A DNA stretch of 64,000 bases from an uncultured Gemmatimonadaceae bacterium (GCA_963790305.1 CAWBOC010000005.1:96001-160000), one strand, 5' to 3'; positions 19,159 through 28,599 are shown, counted from the stretch's first letter. Notes: generated from the sequence alone by a model not told the origin. Translations and numbers: made by a program.

Positions 19159-20721
19159 CTACCTGACCCGTATCGCATCAGCGATCACGACGTACCCAGA
19201 CGTAGTCCAGCGAGACAGCTGAACACGATTCCACCCAGCGGGGAAGCTCCAGGTCCCCAGGGTATTCCATGCGGCCCCATGCTGCTGCTGGTTCACGTAC
19301 ACCGTCGCCAGCCTCTCCCCCGCTGACGTCAGCACGAGATACGGCGCGCTTGGCGCGCGGTTCGTGCCCGAGGTCCACCAGGCATCGATCGTTCGCGTTG
19401 CGGGCGCGTCGAGATAGAACCAGAACGTCGCTGGATCGCTCACCGCCTGCGTCGCGGCGAAAGCGTACCCGGAGCCATAGTGCCCCGCCGTCGCGGCGGA
19501 TTCGGTCCACGACGCCGAGAATTCCGCGCGGCCGCGCGCGGGATCGTTCGCGCCGTTGTTGCTGTCGATGATGAGCGTGCTGCCGCAGTGCTGCTCGATG
19601 CGGCGCAGATAGTCCGCCCATGGCCAGTTCGGCCCCGGGTCCGTCCGGTTGTGCGGCTGGAGCTTGCCGTGCGCGACGATGTGCAGCTGGTCGCGCGGAA
19701 TCCCGCGATCCCGCGTGATGTCGCAGACCAGCCGTGCCGACGCGTCGATCTGCGACGTCGACCACGATGGCTGCGATGCGAAGCCGGCGTGCTCGATGCC
19801 GATCGTGAAGTGATTGCTCTGTTGACCGTTGCGCGCGCAGTCATGATTGGAATTGAGCGTGCAGTCGTACGTCGCGGCGATGTGCCAGGCGCGCTTCGGC
19901 TCCTCGACGAGCTGCGAGATCTCGGAGCCATCCTCGTTCACGACGTAGTGCGCGCTCACGTTCGAGACGGGATTGACGAGCCACGCCCAGCAGCCGGCGT
20001 AGTTCCCCTCGCACGTGTGGATGATGATCATGTGCGGGGTGCCGGCGTCGCCTGGCGCGCGATCATCGAAGTTGGGTGACGGCCTCCAGATCGCGCTGGC
20101 GAAGTCCGCGCTCGACGTCGTGATGATCGATGGGCGTGGAAAGGCGACGCTGGCGTCGATGCGCGGGATGCGTGTGACGACGCGTCCCCGCTGCTCCACG
20201 TCCAGTCCGCGCCGCAACAGACCGTAGACCGCATCGTGCACGTACGACCCGACCGCCTGCGGATGCGAGATCCCCGAGTATCTCGCGACCGCCGCCGCCC
20301 AATCTCCGATTCGAGTGCGGTCGACCGAGAGCTCCTCGGCGTAGGCGCGCAGCAGCGCTGCCCCCGCACGGATGTTCGCGCGTGCATCGGTCTGTGCTCC
20401 CGCGATCGACACGCCAGCCAATGTCGCGCCGCGAATCAGTCTCTCGCCACGCAGTGCCATGACGCCAAACGCCGCCGGCTGTCCGTCGAATTCCGTGTCG
20501 CCGCGGACCATCTGCATCCGCGTTTCTGCGAACGCCACCGCCTTGAGGAGGGCCGAGGGAACACCAAACTCGCGCGCCGCCGCCTCGAAGTGCACGTCGA
20601 GCGGCCCTGCCTGGAACGTTGCCGATGACGCGACGTCCGTCACGCGCGTCGGCAGGTCCGAGCAGGCGAGGATGACCGGGACTACGAGCCCCGGAAGCAG
20701 GAACGACCGAGTTCGTCTCAT
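19159..20721 (-). CDS. Lipoprotein N-acetylmuramoyl-L-alanine amidase (amidase_2) with N-terminal lysozyme-like and C-terminal carbohydrate-binding-like domains
   Basis: Lipobox ILAC; FEAAAREFGVPSALLKAVAFAETR; IIIHT, SAHY, AWH, GIEH and DPG; C-terminal beta domain ending VIADAIRV. Confidence 0.85.
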   Translation of the reverse strand: MRRTRSFLLPGLVVPVILACSDLPTRVTDVASSATFQAGPLDVHFEAAAREFGVPSALLKAVAFAETRMQMVRGDTEFDGQPAAFGVMALRGERLIRGATLAGVSIAGAQTDARANIRAGAALLRAYAEELSVDRTRIGDWAAAVARYSGISHPQAVGSYVHDAVYGLLRRGLDVEQRGRVVTRIPRIDASVAFPRPSIITTSSADFASAIWRPSPNFDDRAPGDAGTPHMIIIHTCEGNYAGCWAWLVNPVSNVSAHYVVNEDGSEISQLVEEPKRAWHIAATYDCTLNSNHDCARNGQQSNHFTIGIEHAGFASQPSWSTSQIDASARLVCDITRDRGIPRDQLHIVAHGKLQPHNRTDPGPNWPWADYLRRIEQHCGSTLIIDSNNGANDPARGRAEFSASWTESAATAGHYGSGYAFAATQAVSDPATFWFYLDAPATRTIDAWWTSGTNRAPSAPYLVLTSAGERLATVYVNQQQHGAAWNTLGTWSFPAGWNRVQLSRWTTSGYVVIADAIRVR

Positions 20722-20785
20722 CGATTAGTAGTACCGCCGCAGTCGCGAAAGTGTTCTCGACGAACTGGGCGGGGCTGAAAACGGC

Positions 20786-21008
20786 AACATCATTCCGGCA
20801 TCCAGGTTCAAAGGGGGGACGCGGATGAGGCGGATGCAGCGGATCAGGCGGATCGTTCCTGGCGCAGAGAACTCTCCTCGCGCAGGAAAAAGCAACCGCT
20901 TTTTGCTCCTGGGAAGGAGAGATCGCGGTGCACGGAGCAATCCGCCGCATCCGCTGCATCCGCCGAATCCGCGTCCCCCCTTTGAACCTGGATGCCAGTA
21001 ATGATGTT
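20786..21008. repeat. About 220-nt long hairpin element, family E (GCGGATGCA-type 9-mers), with a perfect 30-bp inverted repeat
   Basis: GGCATCCAGGTTCAAAGGGGGGACGCGGAT (20797-20826) is the exact reverse complement of 20967-20996; outer AACATCATT/AATGATGTT. Confidence 0.9.
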
Positions 21009-21009
21009 A

Positions 21010-21736
21010 CTAGTGCTTATGCCCCGCGGAATGCTGAGCCTCGAATCCCTGATCGAGCGACACATGCACCATCCATCCGAAGATCTGCGGGATGAATCGC
21101 GCGTTCTCGCGCTCACACTCAGCCTTGGTGCTGATCGCGCCGGCGGGGCCAAACTTCATCTGGCTGCCCACCATCTCGCGCCAGCGCTGCCGGTCGCGCG
21201 GACGTGGCGCGCAGATGTTCACGTGCGCGTGCCACTGCGCGAGGCTGAGCGGAACACGCGCGTTGAGCTCGTCAGGCGTTGCATCCTTTCGCGCGACGTA
21301 CATCGCACCCACGAGTGTGTAGCCGCCGTCAGGCCGACGTTCGTATAGCAGCGAGCTCGGCTTCCGCGCGTCGAACGACCGGCCTTCCCAGATCGCGCGC
21401 CCGTAGTTGGTGAAGTGGTACACCTTCATCGGGACGTTCGGCAGGAAGATCTTGTAGCCGTCGTCGATCGCCTTGCGATAGTCGCGATACGGCTCGAATG
21501 CCCTCGCGCAAACCGCGCAGAATCTCTTCGCCGCGGGCGCTGTCGCGCGCGCTGGGCGCGCGCATCGCCGTCAGCTTGAGGTGTGGCGTCTGCACAATGG
21601 GACCGCCCATCGCGGCGGCGCCACCGGCGGCGGTGGGATCGGCGCTCTCGCCATGCGAATGGTCGTGGCTCTGCGCCTCGACGCAGCCGGGCAAAAACGC
21701 GAGTCCAACGAGAATGAAGGCAGATCGGATCGACAT
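21010..21736 (-). CDS. His-rich exported hypothetical protein, +1 frameshift near 21498
   Basis: Removing one T from GGCATTCGAG joins MSIRSAF...LREG to IEPYRDYRKAIDDGYKIFLPNVPMKVYHFTNY. It has HDHSH, WHAHVNIC and WMVHV motifs. Confidence 0.75.
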
Positions 21737-21834
21737 GAGTCCCCCAGGAGGTCACGGCCGGGTGAATACGTAGTAACTACCCCGCGCCGCACACTTCGTT
21801 GGACGACCGACCGATCGCTCTCGTTAAGCCGCTT

Positions 21835-22518
21835 CTACCGCACCCCGGCCGATGCCGAAGAGACACCGGAGCCCGGAACCAACGCGTGAAGCGTGGGAGC
21901 ATGGAGCAACGCATCCTCGTCGCCGATGAGCGCAAGCTCGATGGTGCGATCGAGTGACCCGCCCATGGTCACATACAGCCGTGGATCCCGAACGTCGTGC
22001 GGCACATCGATCACCACTGCGTGAGTGAACGAATGCCCGGCTTCGACTGGGCGCTCCAGATCGAGCTGCGCGCGCCCCAGTGCCTGCTCGGCCTCGAGCG
22101 AACGCGCATGTCGAAAGCCCTCCGCGTCGACGATCACGATGTCCGGCTGGTCCAGTTGGAGCGGCACGCGACGGGCGTCGCTGCTCACCCGTAGGGTGAT
22201 GACGTAGAACGTCCCGCCCGCACGAATGCCGCCGATTTGGGACATCGTGTCGACGTGCTCGACGGCGACGCCCATATGACAATCGAGATAGAACCCGCAG
22301 AAGCGCTTGGTCTCCCCAAGCGCGAGAATGCGCTCGCGACTCGTGAGCGATGTGACGACGAGAACCGTCGCGTACGCGGCGACCCACGCAGCCACGACCA
22401 GCGCGATCGATCGCGCGACTGGCGCGCGTCCACGTCGAACGAGCGCAATGCACGCGACCCCCAAGGCTAGAATGCCAAGGATCGTCGCCGCGAGAAGTGG
22501 AACGCCGGGAAGCTCCAT
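21835..22518 (-). CDS. Membrane-anchored protein with an Ig-like (DUF4352-like) extracytoplasmic domain
   Basis: Two N-terminal TM helices; GGTFYVITLRVSSDA and IVDAEG motifs; CGFYLDC pair. Confidence 0.65.
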   Translation of the reverse strand: MELPGVPLLAATILGILALGVACIALVRRGRAPVARSIALVVAAWVAAYATVLVVTSLTSRERILALGETKRFCGFYLDCHMGVAVEHVDTMSQIGGIRAGGTFYVITLRVSSDARRVPLQLDQPDIVIVDAEGFRHARSLEAEQALGRAQLDLERPVEAGHSFTHAVVIDVPHDVRDPRLYVTMGGSLDRTIELALIGDEDALLHAPTLHALVPGSGVSSASAGVR

Positions 22519-22545
22519 AAGGGCCTCAGGGAGAGGGTCAGCAAG

Positions 22546-22564
22546 TACTTTATACTACAAAGTA
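22546..22564. promoter_or_regulatory. AT-rich palindromic operator TACTTT-N7-AAAGTA
   Basis: Perfect 6-bp inverted repeat in the 80-nt divergent spacer before ccdA. Confidence 0.5.
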
Positions 22565-22598
22565 AACGAACGCAATGGCTGTCGCGTAACTTTCTCCC

Positions 22599-23318
22599 GT
22601 GATCCAGCTCCCCGAGATCGGGCCCCTGCTCACCGACCGCCCGCTCACCGCGCTCCCGCTCGCGTTCCTCGGCGGCGTGCTGACGAGCCTCACGCCATGC
22701 ATCTACCCGATGATCCCGATCACCGCGTCGATCGTCGGGGGACAGGCAGTCGGCAGCGCTCGGCCAAGCAAACGACGCGCGGTCGCGCTGACCTTTGCCT
22801 ACGTCCTCGGGCTCGCACTCGTCTACGCGGCGCTCGGGCTGCTCGCGGGAATGACCGGGACGATGTTCGGAACGGTCAGCACGAACCCATGGCTGCACCT
22901 GGTCATGGCGAATCTGCTCATCCTGGCGGCATTGGCGATGCTGGACGTCATCCCCATCCGCCTGCCCGCCGCACTCACGACGCGCGCGGCCTCGGTCGGA
23001 GAGGGCGGCCGTGTTACCGGTGCCTTTCTCATGGGCAGCGCCTCGGGTCTCGTCGCCGCTCCCTGCTCGGCGCCCGTCATGGCCGCCGTGCTCACCTGGG
23101 TTTCTCTCACCAAGAGTGCAGCGCTCGGCTTCCTCTACCTCTTCGTATTCTCGCTCGGCATGTGTACGCTGCTCGTCGCCGTCGGGATCTCGGTGGGGGT
23201 GCTCGGGGTTCTTCCAAGAGCAGGGGCGTGGATGATCTGGGTAAAACGTCTCTTCGCGCTCATCATGCTCATCGTCGCCGAGTACTATCTCGTGCGAATG
23301 GGAGGGTTGTTGATATGA
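22599..23318 (+). CDS. ccdA: CcdA/DsbD-type transmembrane disulfide reductase
   Basis: SLTPCIYPMIP and AAPCSAP conserved Cys motifs; 6 TM helices. Confidence 0.9.
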   Translation: MIQLPEIGPLLTDRPLTALPLAFLGGVLTSLTPCIYPMIPITASIVGGQAVGSARPSKRRAVALTFAYVLGLALVYAALGLLAGMTGTMFGTVSTNPWLHLVMANLLILAALAMLDVIPIRLPAALTTRAASVGEGGRVTGAFLMGSASGLVAAPCSAPVMAAVLTWVSLTKSAALGFLYLFVFSLGMCTLLVAVGISVGVLGVLPRAGAWMIWVKRLFALIMLIVAEYYLVRMGGLLI

Positions 23319-23830
23319 AGGTGTTCGCGCTCGCGGCATTGGCACTGACGCTCGTCTCGACGTCTGCATCCGCGCAGGACGGCGGGCTTCCCGTTGGTGC
23401 GGTCGCGCCGTCGGTGTCCCTCGAGACGCTCGACGGCAAGCGCATGGAGCTCGGCTCGCTGATCGGGAAGACGCCCCTCGTGCTCGAATTCTGGGCGACG
23501 TGGTGCGGCAACTGCGAGGAGCTCGAGCCGACGTTTCAGGCGGTGCAGAAGAAGTTCGCGGGGAAGGTGCGCTTCGCGAGCATCGCCGTGGCGATCAACC
23601 AGTCGCCGGAGCGCGTCCGCCGCTGGGTCGCGCGGCACAAGCCGGGACGGGATGTTTTCTACGATTACGCCGGAGACGCCGCCGAGCAGTATGACGCGCC
23701 GGCAACGTCGTTCGTGGTGATCGTGAATCGCGAAGGGCGCGTGACCTACACCGGCGTAGGTGGCAAGCAGGATCTCGAAGGCGAGATCGCGAAAGCGATG
23801 AGGAACCCTAGGGCGCTGGATAAGCGCTAG
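23315..23830 (+). CDS. TlpA-family thioredoxin-like disulfide reductase
   Basis: FWATWCGNC; signal peptide; ATGA overlap with ccdA. Confidence 0.9.
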   Translation: MKVFALAALALTLVSTSASAQDGGLPVGAVAPSVSLETLDGKRMELGSLIGKTPLVLEFWATWCGNCEELEPTFQAVQKKFAGKVRFASIAVAINQSPERVRRWVARHKPGRDVFYDYAGDAAEQYDAPATSFVVIVNREGRVTYTGVGGKQDLEGEIAKAMRNPRALDKR

Positions 23831-23912
23831 GAGCGCTGGGGAAGCGCTAAGGGTTTTTCAGCGCTATTCCAGCGCCCCAGCGCTTTTCCAGCGCTCTAGC
23901 CTCTTAGCGCCT
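23810..23912. repeat. Palindromic element, family D (AGCGCT-core 9-11-mers)
   Basis: GCGCTGGATAAGCGCTAGGAGCGCTGGGGAAGCGCTAA ... CAGCGCTATTCCAGCGCCCCAGCGCTTTTCCAGCGCTCTAG. Confidence 0.8.
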
Positions 23913-26538
23913 CGGTCGGCTGCACTCGCATCGCCCGCATCGCCGGAAGCGCGGTAGCAACGAGCGACGTCACCAGGATCACGAGTGCGACGATCGCGTA
24001 TGTCACCGCGTCGCGCGAGGTGGTCTCGAACAACATACCGGATAGAGCGCCGCCTGCCGCGGCGGCGCCGATCGTTCCGAGCGCCACGCCGAGCCCGACC
24101 ATCGCAACGCCGCTGCGCATTACGGTCGCCATGATGCTGCGCGCCTGCGCGCCGAGCGCGACGCGAACGCCGATCTCGTGATTGCGCTCGGCCGTCGCAT
24201 GGCTCACGACGCCGTACACACCGATCGCGGCCAGCACCAAGGCCGCCAGCGAGAAGGTGAGCAGCAGCGCCAGATGAAAGCGGCGCGCGCGCAGCGAGTC
24301 CTCGAGAAGCGCATCGAGAGTCGTGGGATCCTCGACCGGCATCGCTGAGTTGATCGCGCTCAGCTCGGCCCGCAGTGCCCGCAGCGCGGTCGCCGCGTCG
24401 TGTTCTCCTCGCACGACGAAAGTGAGCCCGCCCGTCGGCGATTGCGCGTGCGCGAGGAATATGGTGGGGTGTGGTGCTGCGTGGAGCCCTTCATGACGCA
24501 TGTCACCCACGATGCCGACAATCTCTGTCGTCGTTTCGACACCCATGAAGCGCACGGCTATGCGGCGACCGATGGCCTCACCCTCTCGAAAGTGTCGACG
24601 CGCGAACGCGGCGTTCACGATCATCACGGGCGTCGTGTTGGCGCGGTCCCGCTCGTCGAACAGTCGCCCACGCTGCAGGGGTGATTTCAAGGCCTCGAAG
24701 TACGCTCCCGCGACGATCGCGAGGTGTACCGAAGGCCACTCCGCGGCGGACGGGCGCGCTTCTCCTTCGATGACGTAGTTGGCTTCGTCCGCGCCGATCG
24801 GCGGTGACAACGGCAGCGATGACGTCACGCCAACGGCGGTCACACGCGGCGCACCGTTCAATCGCTCCACAGCCTGCCGGACGAACTCCGCGCGACGCGC
24901 CGGGTCGCGATAGTGTTGCCACGTTTGCACCGTGCCCACCGCGACATTCGCGGTGTCGTAGCCCCGCTCTACGCGGAGCAGCGACACCAGACTTCGCACC
25001 AGAAGTCCCGCGCCGACGAGGAGCATTGTCGCCAGCGTCACCTGGCCAATGGCGAGCGCCGAGCGCAGCCCGCGCGTTCGAGGACCCGCCGTCGATGTGC
25101 GGCCACCCTCCTTCAGAGCCTCGCCGAGGTTTCCACGCGCCACCCACGCCGCGGGGAGAGCACCGGCCGCGATGGCCACGAGAATCGCCGTCACCGTTCC
25201 GAACAGGAGGACGCGCGCATCGATCGCGAGCTCATCCATCCGTGGGATGTCCCGCGGGCCTAGTGCTCTTACTACATCGAGGGCCCATGTCGCGGCGAGC
25301 ACGCCAAGGGCCGCTCCGACAATGGAGACGAGCAACACTTCGGTGAGCATCTGCCGCGCGAGTCGCCCGGGCCGCGCGCCAAGTGCGCCGCGAATGGCGA
25401 ATTCGCGTGCTCGACCCATCGACCGGCCGAGGACAATGTTGGCGACGTTGGCGCACGCGATGATCAGCAAGAGCACCACTGCAGCCGCGAGCGTCGACAG
25501 GGCCCCGCGTGCATCCCCGAGCAAGGCGTCCTCGAGCGGCGTGATGAGCACGCCCATTTCGCGATTGGTGGCTGGGTATGCGAGCGCGAGCTCAGAGGCG
25601 ATCATCGACATCTCGCGTTGCGCCCGCTCGAGCGTCGTTCCGGGGCGCAGTCGGCCGAGGACGGTCCACCACCCGTCGCTTCGGCGGACCTGACGGACGT
25701 CGGCAGTGATGGTGAGGGGCACCCATGCGTCACGACCCGCTGGCAACGCGAATCCGCGCGGCATCACACCGACGACGACGAATGGAGCGCCATCGAGCGT
25801 GATCGACCGGCCGATGATGGTCGAGTCTCCGGCGAACCGCTCGCGCCACATGCGGTCGCCGAGGATCACGACGCGGTCGGATCCGGGCGTGAACTCGTCA
25901 GGCCGAAAGGTGCGCCCGAGGCGGGCCGGCGTTCCGAGCAGACTGAAGAAGTCAGTCGACACGAGCCACACCGGGAGCGACGTCATCCCCTGATCGGTGC
26001 GGTGATCCAGGCTGTAGGGCACGGCCGCCGAGAGGTGCTCCAGCGTGCGCGTGCGCTCGCGCCAGTCGACAAAGTTGCCGGGGGCGACATCGTCGAGCGC
26101 GCCGTCGGAGAGCGTCTGTTGACGCACGGCCACGAGCCTGCCCGCACTCTCGTACGGCAACGGCTTGAGGAGCACGCCGTCGATGACGCTGAAGATCGTG
26201 GTCGCCGCGGCAATCCCGACCGCAAGAGTGATCACAGAGACCGCGGTGATGCCGGGGCTTCGGCGCAGCATGCGGGCACCGATGCGCAGATCCTGCGCGA
26301 AATCCTCGATCGGGCGAACCCCGCGCTCGTCGAGACACTCTTCGCGAAGGCGAGTGGAATCTCCGAACGAGCGTTGGGCGCGCGCGCGAGCTTCGGAGCG
26401 GTCGACGCCGGTCGCGGCGAGCCGCTCGGTCTCCATGTCGATGTGGAAGGCCAGCTCGTTCTCCACATCCCGCGAGACCGCGCGTTTCTGCACGAGCGCG
26501 CGGAGCCGATACCAGGCGGCGTGTGGCGTCATCATCAA
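23896..26538 (-). CDS. ADOP-type duplicated ABC permease (MacB/FtsX domains)
   Basis: ELAFHIDME prefix, QDLRIGARMLRRSPG, LLIIACANVAN, REFAIRGALGA and EIGVRVALGA. Confidence 0.92.
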   Translation of the reverse strand: MMMTPHAAWYRLRALVQKRAVSRDVENELAFHIDMETERLAATGVDRSEARARAQRSFGDSTRLREECLDERGVRPIEDFAQDLRIGARMLRRSPGITAVSVITLAVGIAAATTIFSVIDGVLLKPLPYESAGRLVAVRQQTLSDGALDDVAPGNFVDWRERTRTLEHLSAAVPYSLDHRTDQGMTSLPVWLVSTDFFSLLGTPARLGRTFRPDEFTPGSDRVVILGDRMWRERFAGDSTIIGRSITLDGAPFVVVGVMPRGFALPAGRDAWVPLTITADVRQVRRSDGWWTVLGRLRPGTTLERAQREMSMIASELALAYPATNREMGVLITPLEDALLGDARGALSTLAAAVVLLLIIACANVANIVLGRSMGRAREFAIRGALGARPGRLARQMLTEVLLVSIVGAALGVLAATWALDVVRALGPRDIPRMDELAIDARVLLFGTVTAILVAIAAGALPAAWVARGNLGEALKEGGRTSTAGPRTRGLRSALAIGQVTLATMLLVGAGLLVRSLVSLLRVERGYDTANVAVGTVQTWQHYRDPARRAEFVRQAVERLNGAPRVTAVGVTSSLPLSPPIGADEANYVIEGEARPSAAEWPSVHLAIVAGAYFEALKSPLQRGRLFDERDRANTTPVMIVNAAFARRHFREGEAIGRRIAVRFMGVETTTEIVGIVGDMRHEGLHAAPHPTIFLAHAQSPTGGLTFVVRGEHDAATALRALRAELSAINSAMPVEDPTTLDALLEDSLRARRFHLALLLTFSLAALVLAAIGVYGVVSHATAERNHEIGVRVALGAQARSIMATVMRSGVAMVGLGVALGTIGAAAAGGALSGMLFETTSRDAVTYAIVALVILVTSLVATALPAMRAMRVQPTEALRG

Positions 26539-26542
26539 TGCA

Positions 26543-26875
26543 TCACGTCATCTGCAGCACGAGCCGCACCGCCTCGGCGTATTGTCGCCAGGTAGCGGTC
26601 TCTTCATCGAGCTGCCGACGGCCGGCGGCGGTGAGGCGATAGTATTTCGCCTGACGATTGTTCTCCGTCACCGCCCAGGAGGAGGCGATCAGCCCGCGGG
26701 CCTCCAGTCGGTGCAGGGCGGGATAGAGCGAGCCCTGCGCGACCTGAAGCACGTCGCGTGAGGCATACTGCAAGCGCTGCGTGATCCCCCATCCATGCAT
26801 CGGCTCGACGGAGATCGTCTTGAGGATGAGAAGGTCGAGCGTCCCCTGAAGGAGGTCGACGGTGGACCGGGGCAC
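26543..26875 (-). CDS. PadR-family regulator (acidobacterial ADOP-associated type)
   Basis: DLLQGTLDLLILK, HGWGI, QGSLYPALHRLE and ENNRQAKYY; GTG start after AGGAG. Confidence 0.92.
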   Translation of the reverse strand: MPRSTVDLLQGTLDLLILKTISVEPMHGWGITQRLQYASRDVLQVAQGSLYPALHRLEARGLIASSWAVTENNRQAKYYRLTAAGRRQLDEETATWRQYAEAVRLVLQMT

Positions 26876-26880
26876 GGAAG

Positions 26881-26937
26881 CTCCTGTAGACGGTCGACAG
26901 GGACGATGGGAGAACTCCTGTAGGATGTCAAGAGGAA
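26881..26937 (-). promoter_or_regulatory. padR promoter with two palindromic operator boxes
   Basis: CTCCTGTAGACGGTCGACAGGGA and CTCCTGTAGGATGTCAAGAGGAA; minus-strand TTGACA-N17-CATCGT overlaps them. Confidence 0.7.
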
Positions 26938-26943
26938 AGAACT

Positions 26944-27027
26944 GGCGCTGGAATAGCGCTGAAGAAGGGCTGGAACAGCGCTGGGGTTCCAGCGCTCCTC
27001 CAGCGCTCCCAGCGCTGTTCCAGCGCC
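26944..27027. repeat. Palindromic element, family D
   Basis: GGCGCTGGAATAGCGCTGAAGAAGGGCTGGAACAGCGCTGG ... CCAGCGCTCCTCCAGCGCTCCCAGCGCTGTTCCAGCGCC. Confidence 0.85.
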
Positions 27028-27033
27028 TGTTCG

Positions 27034-27876
27034 CTACGTCACCCCAACCAGCTCCTCGCTCTTTTCCCAAAGCTCTCGAGCAAGCCCGGACCGACGAGTC
27101 TGCCGCGGGAACGATGCCCTTCGCTGACGCACGAAGTAGCATCCCGTTATCCCGGTGACTGCGCTCGAGGCGGCCAGACGGACGATCGGAGCTGCGCCAT
27201 CCTCAGGAGCTCTCAACGACCACTCCCACGTCTTCCGGATCCAGCGTGGCCATTCGCGCATGAGGTCGGTCGCGACGACTCCAGGATGCACACAGTTCGC
27301 CGCCACGTTGCTTCCCCGCAGCCGCTCGGCAAGCTCGACCGAGAACAGCATGTTGGCGAGCTTCGTGTCGCAATACGCGCGAAGGCCGGACGAGGCGCGG
27401 GCGGTGCCGATATCGGCCGGGATTACGCGTCCCAGGATTCCGAACCGCGACGTGACATTGACGATTCGCGCCCTGTCGGCGGCGCGCAGCTGCGGAAGCA
27501 GCTGATTCGTGAAGAGGAAGGGACCGAGGTGATTGACCGCCCAGGTCATCTCGAATCCGTCCACGCTCTCGCGGCGTGAGCGCAGGTGGACACCAGCATT
27601 GTTCACCAGCACATGGACTGCGTCGTGATTCGAGGCGATCTCCGCAGCCGCGGCGCAGACCAATGCCAGCGAGGCGAGGTCCAGGGCGACGAACGAGACG
27701 GCGGCCCCGGGAGCAGCCGCTTCACGCACCCGCTGCGCAGCCCTTTCGCCTCGGTCACGATCGCGACCGAGCATCACGACGGTCGCTCCCATCCCGGCGA
27801 GTGCGGTGGCAGTCGCGAGACCGAGTCCCCGCGTCGCTCCCGTAACAACGCACACGCGTCCAAGGAGGTCGATCAC
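27034..27876 (-). CDS. Short-chain dehydrogenase/reductase (retinol-dehydrogenase-like)
   Basis: TGATRGLG, NNAG, VNHLGPF and YCDTK. The start is uncertain (27876 or 27921). Confidence 0.88.
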   Translation of the reverse strand: MIDLLGRVCVVTGATRGLGLATATALAGMGATVVMLGRDRDRGERAAQRVREAAAPGAAVSFVALDLASLALVCAAAAEIASNHDAVHVLVNNAGVHLRSRRESVDGFEMTWAVNHLGPFLFTNQLLPQLRAADRARIVNVTSRFGILGRVIPADIGTARASSGLRAYCDTKLANMLFSVELAERLRGSNVAANCVHPGVVATDLMREWPRWIRKTWEWSLRAPEDGAAPIVRLAASSAVTGITGCYFVRQRRASFPRQTRRSGLARELWEKSEELVGVT

Positions 27877-27930
27877 CTCGCGTGAGGACTGGCGCCGTTC
27901 TTCGCGGCGTGGAGTATTCATCTCACTGTT

Positions 27931-28599
27931 ATGTCGCCTGTGACCATCGTTCTCGCTCTCGTGCTGCTCATCGGCACCGCGTTGCATGGCGTCGGTGCGC
28001 TCCTGCACCCGATGCTTGCCGGTGACGGCGCCACACAACTTCGCACGATCGCCGACATGGCGCACTGGCGAGAGCTCCACCTGGTCATGCTCGCCGGCAG
28101 CGGCCTCATCGTCGCGGGCGTGTGGGTTCGGCTGGTGGGAGATCGCGCGTTCGTTCGTCCCCCGCTCGTCGCCGCCCTCGCGGTGATCTCCATCGGGGTG
28201 ACCATCAACGCGCTCAACATCGCGTACATGACGGGCGCCGGGTGGCACATGGCCTCGCAATTTGCCGCGGGCGATGCCTCCATGGTGCCGCTGTTCGACG
28301 CGACCCATCCCATCGGCCTCATGGCCGCCCGCTTCGGCAACTTCATCGTCGCGCTTGGTGCCCTCGTGCTCGGCTGGGCGGAATGGCACGACGCCGAGCC
28401 GCGCCGTGTCGATGCGGTACTGGCGTGGATCGCGGGGGTGGGCGGTCTGGTTGGCGCGATCTTCTTCCTGGAGTCGAGCCGTATCGCGCTCGCCGCGGTC
28501 GCCCTGCTCTCGGCTTGGCAGGTCGTCACCGCGCTCAGGGCCCTTACCTTGTCGGTGAGGGGGTCGCGCCGTACGATCACCGAGGATACCAGGAGTTAG
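27931..28599 (+). CDS. Multi-pass membrane protein, probable paralogue of 7699..8415
   Basis: About 6 TM helices; LHP...HWRELHLVMLAG. Confidence 0.75.
   Translation: MSPVTIVLALVLLIGTALHGVGALLHPMLAGDGATQLRTIADMAHWRELHLVMLAGSGLIVAGVWVRLVGDRAFVRPPLVAALAVISIGVTINALNIAYMTGAGWHMASQFAAGDASMVPLFDATHPIGLMAARFGNFIVALGALVLGWAEWHDAEPRRVDAVLAWIAGVGGLVGAIFFLESSRIALAAVALLSAWQVVTALRALTLSVRGSRRTITEDTRS

Noticed and set aside
22307..23314. N-terminal extensions in the ORF track (22307, 27034..28389, 30100, 47549, 53092, 60269..61828)
   Set aside because: They overlap other real genes. The true starts are the downstream coupled ATG/GTG codons given in the features.
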